Positions 49,544 to 60,100 of a DNA stretch of 64,000 bases are shown here, piece after piece (within the stretch, counting starts at the first letter, position 1; every line of letters starts with the position of its first letter). Under the pieces are notes generated by a model. It saw only the letters and a program-made list of their open reading frames with translations, was not told the DNA's origin and did no database searches. Position numbers and translations under genes: made by a program. The stretch spans positions 1,487,576 to 1,551,575 of the forward strand of contig JBJCIZ010000028.1 in assembly GCA_051294375.1 (NCBI GenBank), read 5' to 3'. The stretch is from Paraspadella gotoi (lineage: Eukaryota; Animalia; Chaetognatha).

Positions 49544-51385
49544 ATGAGAGAGACACAGAAAAATATTAGAGATAGTTATGGAATAAAAAGGAAGAAATGT
49601 TTGGAAGGAATCAGCGGAGGCAATAAAATATTTGAAACTTTCGATTAAAATAAATACGAAGAAATATATTTAGAAAATTAATAAAAAAATAAAGTTACAT
49701 TATGAATAATTTTTATATTGGTTGTACATACAAATTTCATTATCAAAATCATTAAAAACGCATAATGACTGGAGGACCCGGGTTCGCGCCCTGCTGATTC
49801 ACACTATCTTGTATGGAAGCGACATCGTATCGTCAATATTAATTAAAGAACAACAACAACAACAATCTTCTTTTTCGTTTTCTAAGAAATTGGGAGATTC
49901 GATCAGAATACAGACTCATCGTGAAGAACCTTTCGTCGACTCTCGCCTGGCAAGATCTCAAGGACTTCATGAGACAGACTGGAGACGTTCATTTCGCCGA
50001 CGTCGGCTGCGGAGAGAAACACACCGGTGAGGAGACCGCTATTCGATATTACTAATTAACCATTATCTAAAAATAATGTTATAGTGGTTTTTTGATCATA
50101 AAAATTAAAAGACCGTTGAAAATATTCACTCGGTTGAGTCTTCTTGTCGATTCTCCATTTTTAATGGCTAGAAAAACGTAACTGTAGAGTGTAGTTATTG
50201 TAATGCAATGCCATTACAAAATAGTTGAAATATTTTCTATTTAGTATAAGTACTGTAATAATAGATGTAATGTTTAATTGGCACTCAAGGAAAAAAAAAA
50301 CCAGAAATCATCATTCATCACAATAAAATAAATAAATAAATTGTCACGATTGATTGATTCTAGGAGCCACAGATAGTTATCAAGATAATTATCACTATCG
50401 CCTCCTCCATAGGCGTGGTCGACTTCGTGACTCGACGCGGGATGGAAGAGGCGCTGAGGAAGTTGGACGGATCCGTCCTCAACGGACGAAGCATTCGACT
50501 CTACATGGACAGCACCTCCAGGTTCGCCGTCGTTGTCAGTTTTTAAGGACTTCGTCTTTTGGATCATTCTTTCCTATTTCTTTTCGGCATCGCGGGATTC
50601 GGCATCCGAGAAGTATTGTAATTGTTAAAATCACTCTTAATAAATCTTGTAATACTGCAATAATTATAAAATGTCTAACTATAATTTAGAAAAATGAATC
50701 ATTGTTAAACACGTTTAATATAAACCGTATCCTGGAAATAGTAAAACGAAATTTACGAGTAAACCAAATCGTTAGGATATGTTTATTACTTATTTTGATA
50801 TATTAATAACATATTATCTTGTAAGAGTGACGGAGGCATTAAACCAGCAATGCCTGTTCAAAGTCAGGGGCAAGATAGCTTATTTATTAAATTAATGGAT
50901 AATTTTTATATTGGTTGTACCAATTTCATAATGTATTCTTGAAATCTTCATCATTTTTCTCTCTTCCTTCCTAAGATCTTGTGTGACGAATCGCGAGTCT
51001 CGATCTCGAAGCCGAAGTGGATCGTCGAGAGGCGCCGGGCGAAGTCGGAGCCCGTCGTCGGAGTCTAAGAGCAGGACGTCGTCGAGGTTTAATCGGGGGG
51101 GAGGAAGTAAAAGAGAAAATAAAAGAGAGAAAAAGAAGGGAAATGTGAAAGAAAAATGGAAAGAAAAGAAAGGGAAGGAAAAGAAATTTAGAAAAGATTT
51201 AAAAATTAAAGTATGAAGCAGCATCAACACGCGACTAATCTCTTCCTCTAAGATGGAGTTAAATGAACAACTTAAAAAAAGGAAAAGGAAAGGAAAAGAA
51301 AATAATTTAAAAGAAAGAAAAATCCTTTTTATCTTTAAGGTCGAAAAATCGAGGAAAAGATTTTGCCAAAAAAATGATTGATTAA
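48788..51385 (+). CDS. SR splicing factor, SRSF4/5/6 (B52)-like, two RRMs plus a short RS domain; exons 48788-48872, 49271-49490, 49887-50026, 50413-50521, 50976-51086, 51340-51385
   Basis: RRM1 [39 protein letters not shown]; RRM2 [58 protein letters not shown]; SRSRSRS tail. The last exon is uncertain. Confidence 0.85.
50812..50930. repeat. Dispersed repeat, copy C (inverted relative to A and B)
   Basis: ttatcttgtaagagtgacggaggc...aaagtcaggggcaagatagcttatttatt..atggataatttttatattggttgtaccaatttc is the reverse complement of copy A. Confidence 0.8.
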
Positions 51386-51995
51386 AAGAAGAGGAAGAAA
51401 TTGCGAAGACCGACCTGGACGGAGAATCGTCTCTCGCTCTCTATCGTCGAAATCCAATCTCTTTAATTTCATTCGTTCCATTTTAATTTTCTTTTACGTT
51501 TTACGAGAGCGAGACGAGTCGAGACTGCATCTTTGGAGTATCGCCTACGATCATTTAACTTATTTGCTAATACTTATATTCAATTTTAGAAAATGGAATT
51601 GATAAACCGCGGGTTTTATCGGCCCAGGTTAGCGTTTTAAACGAATTCTTTTGTTGCGATTGTAATTTAATTATTTATTTGTTATTCAAATAGAATAAAT
51701 ATTTGAAATCTTTTACGGCGGTGAATTATTTATTTCTTCTTTTAAATTCTCTCCAGATATTAATTAAAGATATCGAGTTTAATTTCGTTTACGTTTACGT
51801 TAAAGGAAATGAACTGTCGCTTAATTCGTATTGTTGTTGTTCTTAATCCTTCATATTACAGCGCCAACGAACGTAACTTATAGATCGTGATGTGATGATG
51901 TTTTAAGATTTACTTAACCGAAACTGAATCGGAACTGGCGTTTAAAAGCTTATTTTTATGTTTAGCTTCCTTTCTTATCTCGAGTATATTTCGTC

Positions 51996-52122
<127 letters not shown>

Positions 52123-52165
52123 CTCCCAAGTTTTCCTCCAGTTCCACCCACATCTCTTTTTCTCG

Positions 52166-52647
52166 ATGGCGTCTGCCCACAACTTCGCCCACAACTTTAC
52201 CCAACGTCACGAAGCTTCCGACTCCCAACGCTTCCTTCCTTCTTCCGATCGCCCGCGGTCTCCGGCGCCGCAAAGCGCCGTCGTCGAGGCGGACGCCGCC
52301 GGCACCGCCAGCGGCACCGCCAATGGAACGGCCGGCGCCGTCAACGGGCGACCGGGCTGGCACGATGATCCTCGGCGGCCGACGTCGAGGGCGGGATGGC
52401 TCGCTCCCGACTGTTCCATCCGAACGAGGTTTGGTATCGGGGTAAATGTATGGATAGGAAAAAATATCGTATAAATAGATTACTAGTTGAATTAAATAGA
52501 TTAATTAGGAAATAACGAATAACGATTGTTTAACGAATCAACTTTACAACTTTTTATTTATTCCGATTAAGTTCGGGATTCAGAGGCTCACTTTTATCGT
52601 CTGTTGGCGACCAATTAATTACGGCAAAAAATTGAGTTACATCTACG

Positions 52648-52728
<81 letters not shown>

Positions 52729-54967
52729 TTTCATTATTATTATTAAACACACATATCCCCCTCTTCCCTATTCCCCCTCTTCCCTCTCTTCCATATCCCC
52801 TATTCCCCACTAACCCTCTCACCCTTCCACCCCCCCCGTTTCCACTCACAGCAACGTCTCCGTGATCGAAGACGATCCTCACAACCCGATTCCCGACTCG
52901 ATCTTCCACGGCGGCGCAAACGTCACCTGGACTCTCTTCCGATGCCGACGTCTCGTCCTTCGCCCTTTCGTTTTCCTCCTAGAATTTATCTCCTGGTATC
53001 CATTTCCCTATCGCTATCAAAGCGCCGGCGTCGTCGGCGCCGGGGACGAGTCTTCGCCGCGCCGGGTCTGCAACGGCGTCGTCGGATTCCTCAACGCCGG
53101 TTATCCCATTTTCGTCCTCCTCTTCCTCATTTATTCTTACGTCTACGAGGCGTTGGCCTGTCACGGGAGGATCTCCGTCAAGCCGTCGAACGAGTCGAGG
53201 GGACAGGAGCTGGAATTAGCGGCGCTGCTGGCCGGCGGAGGGGTGAGGCGGAGTCCTGCCGCTGCTGAAGCGATGCTGCTTTTTTTGGCTTCACAGTTTT
53301 TATGTTTACGAAAGAGATTTGATATCGACAGTTTAATGATATGAGTTTGAGCTCCAATTACTTTTAAATTGTTTAAAATAAAAGGCTGCGATTTAAATTT
53401 TGATCTAGAAATATGACAAGACTCGATGCGTGAACACTGAACAGTTGTTAATCCAAAGGTCTTAGTCAAGCCATACTACTACAGTATCTAAATTATTTAA
53501 ATGTCTTATAATAAAAGATAGTCGACTTAATCCTGACCAGGGCTCATTTCCCGCCAAATGTCCTCACCTCGTCACGACTTCCGTCCTTCCGAGTCTTCTT
53601 CATCTCATCGTCTTCGTCATCGGATTTTATTCTTTTCGAATCCAACAATACGAATCCTTTTTCTCTCTCCTCGAAAAGGTCTTCATTGAGACCGGTGAGT
53701 CAGTCAGTCTCTCTCTTCATTGAGACCGGTGAGTCAGTCAGTCTCTCTCTTCATTGAGACCGGTGAGTCAGTCAGTCTCTCTCTTCATTGAGACCGGTGA
53801 GTCAGTCAGTCTCTCTCTTCATTGAGACCGGTGAGTCAGTCAGTCTCTCTCTTCATTGAGACCGGTGAGTCTCGCTCTCGCTCTCTTTCTCTCTCTCTTT
53901 TAATTCTTTCCTCCTTCCCCCCCCGCCCCCTTCCTCCTCCCCCCGCCCCCTTCCTCCTCTTCTCCCTCCCCCTTCCTCCCCTTCTCCCTCCCCCCTTCCT
54001 CCCCTTCTCCCTCCCCCTTTCCTTCCTCCCCCCGCCCCTTCCTCCTCTTCTCCCTCCCCCACTTCCTCCCCTCCAGCCCCCTACTTCTCCGCCTCCTTCT
54101 CCCAGAAACGCATCGTCCGTCGTCTCCGCCTCTTCCTCCTCCTCTCCCTCTTCTGGGTCATCGCCTCCGTCGGTCAAGACATCCTCTACGTCGTCGCCTT
54201 CGGCCTCGACTCGCCCGCCGACGGACTCGTCCGAACCGTCCTCTTGCCCGCCCCTTCCTCGCCCGCCTGGCTCGCCCGCTGGCTGCCGTGGATCCTCGAT
54301 CTCCTCGGCTCGCTGCTCCGCCGCGCCGTCTACGCCGCCGTGCTGCTGGACTACGCCACCGAATGCGAGATCATCCGCTTTTCCGTGCTGGGGCTGGAGA
54401 TGCGGCTGCAGGAGCGGACGGCGCCGCTGGAACGCGCCTTCAAGGACGTGCTGCATCTTCGCGCCAAAGTGGCGGCGCTCAACGGCGTCGTTGGTCGAAT
54501 GGCGTCGGTGGTGACGGCGTCGTCCGGGATCGGCGTCGTCGTCGGCGTCAGATTCTTCGTGTTAGACGGAAGCGACGCCGGCGTCGCCGCCTCAATCTAC
54601 CACGCCCTCTTTCTTATCGTCTGGACGGCGGCGTTCTTGACGTCGCTGGTCCAGGCGGCGCGCGTCAACGTGGCGCTGGACAATATTCAATCGTTAGCGT
54701 TGGACGGGAGGGGATTCGGGTATCCAGGTGAGAGAGAGAGAGAGGGAGAGAGAGAGAGCGCGCTAAATCCTCTTTCCCATCTCAGGCGCTTCCTCCCACG
54801 AGCTGGACTCGTTCCTCTCATTCTCCGCCCACGCCCCCATCCGCGCCAAGATCTGCCACGTGCCCGTCGCCTCCACCGCTCTCGTCGTCGTCGTCGTCAT
54901 CGTCGTCGCCAGTTTGCTCGTCCTCGTTCAGTTGAACGTCATCCTTCCAGTCGCGACGGCATTTTGA
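52166..54967 (+). CDS. Multi-pass membrane protein of the 7TM ion-channel / gustatory-receptor-like superfamily, most like GrlHz; exons 52166-52428, 52852-53242, 53541-53694, 54077-54727, 54786-54967
   Basis: Phase-consistent spliced ORF with about 7 hydrophobic segments. Motifs LPSLLHL..F..FRIQQYE..SLLEKVFI, SLVQAARVN, FGY..ASSHELDSFL.F..IRAKI.HVPV and C-terminal ASLLVLVQL, which resembles the GR TM7b TYhhhhhQF motif. Family call is from memory. Confidence 0.6.
53680..53870 (+). repeat. 34-bp tandem repeat x about 6, each unit containing the exon end and 5' splice site
   Basis: Unit tcttcattgagaccggtgagtcagtcagtctctc with period 34 (accggt at 53691, 53725, 53759, 53793, 53827, 53861). Confidence 0.92.
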
Positions 54968-56704
54968 GACGACTTTCGCTCCTTTAGTCATTTAATCATT
55001 TATAGTCACTCATTCATTTTTAGTATTATATTATTTTAGTCGTAGTGTGTTTATTCATTCATTCTTAAATTTACCCTTTATCCCTTATTTCAGTTCGAAC
55101 GTTCTTTAATTTAGTGCTAAGTAATTTAGTATATTATATTATTTTAGTCATTACCTAGACTGTTAAATTTTGTAGTTTGTTTTTTTCGTTCATTCATTAA
55201 CTAACCTTTATTACTTAATCGTTAGTTCAATTGTTTAAACGTATATTCATTTATTGGTTTTCGTGTCAATTCATTCATTTTAGTTCTGCTTTATTTTAGT
55301 CTTTCCACCGTTTCAAATTCTGTAGAAATTTAATTCATAATTTATATTCAATCTGAAGCGACATTTTTTGTCTTTTATGTACAATTTATAAATTAACCTT
55401 ATCACTTATTCGTTAATTCAATTGTTCAAACGTTTATTCATTCAGTCTTTTAATCACACAATTTTGAATTGATACCTAGTGTTTCTCGATATTATTTATT
55501 CACTCGAACCTCATTTGGTCACAGTAAATATTAGATGACTCAATCACACAATTTTCCCATTTCCAAATGGAAACTCGCGAATTAAATTTGTGCCATCGTC
55601 TTCTTTCGCGTGTAGCGTTTTTGACTTTTATACTTAATTTAATAAATGATATGAAATAAAATGTCGGCATCCTAAGATTTATGCATTTATGCATCAAGAC
55701 GAGTCAGTTTTGAATCAGCGGAAAGAAAAAGAAGAGGAGCTAAAAGAAAAATTCGGAATGTTTTAAAATTTTACGTGTATTTAAAGATTAGTTATATTCA
55801 ATTATTATCGCTGAACCGATGCGGGCATCCGTGCAAACTGGAGAAACTCTGATTAAAGTCGTAGCACGTTGAGTTTAAAGACTTTTTTGATCACTCCTTA
55901 TTTTGCCTATTAAAAATTAGAGGAAAAAACTTGCTAATTAAATTGCAGAGGCAAATAATATTATTTATTAGCGAATATCAATTGAGCAACGAATTGTTAA
56001 CAAGAATGATGATAGAGCCAGGAGAGGACAGAAGAAGCTGGGGCAGTGAAAGAGTAAGAGCGGAGAGTAAGTCAACTTCTCTCGTGATCACTGAACTCGT
56101 CAATGTCCTATTTTAACCCCGTGGCTCCGAAACCTTAGTAGCCATACTGTCTTTTTATTATAACGACTTGCTTAGTGGTAGTATTCCGCTATGACTTTGA
56201 ATTCTTTTCTAAAAAGCATACGACTGGCTCGGATACAACGTCAACGAGTTGAGGCGCGTCACGGATTTTCGCCCACAGTTGCGCCCGCGGGGGCGAGCCC
56301 ATTTTTCCGCCCATTTAAGAATGTATTTTTATTCGCCCTTTAAAAAGGAAATAAGAATACTGAAAAAAAGGGACACAAGCTCCTGACAGTTTTAGTAGAG
56401 AGACTTTACTAAGTTATCTTAAGCAATTACTGACTGCACCCACTCGATAATAATTTCGTTTGGTGAAGATATAAAGTTTGCAATACAATAATGTAGTATT
56501 GTTATCGCCTTTCACTTTTTGGGGCAATGCATAATTCTCTGATTGTTGTGAACATCAGTCACACAACTTCAGGACTGAATGTTTGTTATAAATATTTGAA
56601 ACTTTTCTGTTCATGGTCTATTTAGTCTTGCTGAGGAGAAAAGGGGCTTCGAAAAGTTATGTAGAATGTACTTAAAGCCGTCGTTTGAAAATGTTATAAA
56701 ATAT

Positions 56705-56776
56705 TTCCCATGCGGGGAATCGAACCCCGGCCGCGGCGGTGAGAGCGCCGAATCCTAACCACTAGACCACATGGGA
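56705..56776 (-). tRNA. tRNA-Glu (anticodon CTC)
   Basis: Reverse complement TCCCATGTGGTCTAGTGGTTAGGATTCGGCGCTCTCACCGCCGCGGCCGGGGTTCGATTCCCCGCATGGGAA: 72 nt, intact cloverleaf, A and B boxes. Confidence 0.95.
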
Positions 56777-57145
56777 AGCTATGTATAGACGGAGCAAAAG
56801 AAAAGTCTTTTTCGTTCTTTCAGAACAAAACGACAAATCGGAGAGGAAATTTAGATTTTAATTTAAAATTCAACTCAATTTTTTTTTATTAAACTTTAAA
56901 GATTTGAAGCAATAAATGATTAGCAACGAATATGAGCAAGATAATCCTAGGAAGATACAGTAAACAAGAACCAATAAAGCTTAATCATAACTTTTCTTTA
57001 AAATGATACCAATGATACCGTTTATTTTACTGGAATATAATCAAACCAATTGTAAGTAAAATTTAGATATTGCAGCAATAATTGCTAAAATCAAAGCCCG
57101 ACAAAAATTGTGTACATGACATACATCTTACAACATTAATCCAAA

Positions 57146-60100
57146 TTACGCCTTTCTAGTTTTTATCGTCACAGAAACCGAATTCCCAGAACTAATATCT
57201 TTGATCAAAGTTTTTCTCCCAACTCCTTTTTTTCCGATTGATAATGTGAAACCATCATCGTTAATGACAGTCAATCGTGAATCAGTCTTAGATTTTTCAT
57301 TCGAAATTTGTTTAGCTAAATCAAAAATTTTTGCACCTTTTTGCGCAGAACTGACAAACACGGTTCCAATAACCTCTGACCCGGTGGCCTCGTGAAGAAG
57401 GTCTACTTGCAAGTCCCGGCTTAAATCAAACACATTGACAATTTGCTCTTTTTCTTTGTCTAATTTTAGATCTGAAAGTTTTATTTTTTGATCCTTCAAG
57501 TTGACCACAACATCCTGAAATTCAACCCGACTTTGTCCCTGATCAAACAGTTCGTGATTGACTCGGGAATTAATTTCATAAATGACATCCTTGACTAGAG
57601 TTTCGGCCGGAAAAGGTATCATTCCCTCCAACACTGGATCTTTGCTTTTGTCTTCTCCTTTGAAGAGTTTAATTCTAATACGGTAAGACTCTAATTTTAT
57701 TTTTCCTAAACTCATGGCCGAGGAAAACGCTGCCCTTTCATTTTTGACATATTCTTGAGCACAGTCTAAGAGTGTGTCATCCTGTTCGTCTTTAACATAC
57801 AGCTGTACAAACGCAAAACAATGCATGACCATTCTATCGAACCACTTATCAAGTTTTTTCATCAATACTTTTTTATCTTTATCATAGTGGATAATGCCAT
57901 TTCTGAGGTTTCTACACAAGCTCATAAGACTGGAAAAGTTTCCCTTTACGGTATTAAATTTATTTTGCACCAGGTCCGTAAGTTCTTGGTCCATAACGTC
58001 TTTCCAATTACCGTCAGGATACATAACCGGACCATTTTCTTCAAATAGTTCAGAATACTTGTTGAATCTGACTTTACTTTCCAGCGCTGTACCATCCAAT
58101 CTTTCCAGAAATGTGTGAACACTTTCTAGCACTTCTTTCCTTTCCAAGAGTTCAAGAAGAGAGGGGTGTTCGGTCAGGCTGTCTGGGTTTTTGCCCTTGA
58201 AGAAAACCAAAAGCAAATTTTGAAATTCAAATTCCGTCTCCCAACGGAAAATCAAGCACCAACTCCTGTTAAAAGCGACATTCAACACAATTTGTTTTGG
58301 AAACAAGTACTCCAAAGAAGGAGCCAAGTTACAGGCGCAATTTATCTTCTTTTTGTACACGTCAATCAGAGGTGATTCTAAAGTTCTCATGTGATCAAAT
58401 TCAGTTCTTCCATGATTTATTTTGGGATTTGAAAGAGAGTCATTACATAGCAAAAAACTATCCATTTCATTTTGCACTAGGACTTCAAGTAATAAAAATC
58501 CTAGTTTTGAAAGAATTAGCCATGATGCGTGCAATTTGATTGATTCATTCCCCTTAATTATCAAAATCAAAGAAGATTCATTTTCTGTTATCATTTCTGC
58601 AGAATACGGCCATGAAATGATATTTTTGTCCTCACAGTTTAGCAGTTGCATTAAAATCTCGTGACCTTCAAAATATATAATTAAGCCGCCCTTCCAGATC
58701 TCAAAAGTCCAACCTTTATTTAAGAGAAGAGCGAGACCGCGAATAAAGTTTATCACTTTGCTGCAGCAAATAGCAAATGTCGCAAGGGACAGACAATGAT
58801 CAATCTCGAAGGTACTACCCAAGTTCCCCGTATTTTTCATTAGAATAGGATCCCATAAAATTCGTTTCTTTGGAGGTTCGGCTGTTACTAAAAATGGAAC
58901 CAGACTCATGTTTGATTGAGAATCTTTAAATAAACATAATAATCCTATGTCTTCCAAAGTTTTCAAAAAAACATCAAATGCTTTTTCATTATTTTTGTCG
59001 GTCCCAAGTTTATAAAGCTCTAAATTATCATAGTTCCTCGTGATATCAATATTTATTCCCCCAGAGTAATCAATGTTATGCATAAACAACGACTCAATCA
59101 GAGATAATGGTAGTTTTCCTCTGGAAAACGAATCATGTAATGTTTCTAAAGGAGTGTCACTAATTTGAGAAAACTTCTGTAAAATTCCATCCATGCCATG
59201 ATGAAATAAGCTCTTCATCATTGCCGCGAGTTTTTCAACTCGATGGAAAATGATCTCTTTCTTCATTGGACTGGGGGACCAAACAATCAGCCCCATGGAT
59301 GCCATGCATTCAAGTAACATCATCACATCCCATTCATCCAACTTTGGTTCAGCCGAAAGAAAATCCGAGAAACGTACGAAAAATTTGTCAGCAAAGTTTG
59401 ACATCAACGATTTCATCTTCTTTTCCCACTCGGAAGGCACAGAAATCGTTGGAATTCTTTTTAGAGCTAAATCCATGTTTTTTTTCAAGTTCTCCATTCC
59501 TTCGCCGGTCTTTGTACTGAAACTACATATCAAATCGGTATAAAATTCGGGAGGATGAGTTTTCGTAAACTCAGCTTCCTTCAGCCTGTAATTAAGAACG
59601 TGTATTTCTGTTTCTGCTGATTTTATTTTGGTTTCGTCATCGGTCTCCTCCAAATATTTCTTCCAAATTTCTAACTCTTCCTTAAATTCCCGGATTTTAG
59701 CGTCGACTCGATTGTCAAAACGGCCAATTTTTTTGGCCACGAATTGGGTCAGCAGGTCTTGGCATTCCTTGGCTTTCCTCGCGGTCAAAACGTCCAGCTT
59801 GGAAAAACAAAAAAAGAAATGAGGCCGTTTGATGGCCTCCAAAACTTTTTGTATCCACGACCAACAAGAGTTCTCGAAAAATTTTTCAATGTCCCCGGGT
59901 TCTTTGTCTAGAATTTGTAATTGCTGTTCCCCGTCAATAAGCAAAGCGTAAAGAGATGTTTCCCGACTTACGACCGGTAACACAGCGTGATAATCAGTCT
60001 GACCCCCGATATCTATCACGTTGATGAAAGAATCGGCGATGTTGATCGGGTAAGTATCGAAAGCTTCGGTTCTATTCGAAATCTCGATCGAATCCGCGAC

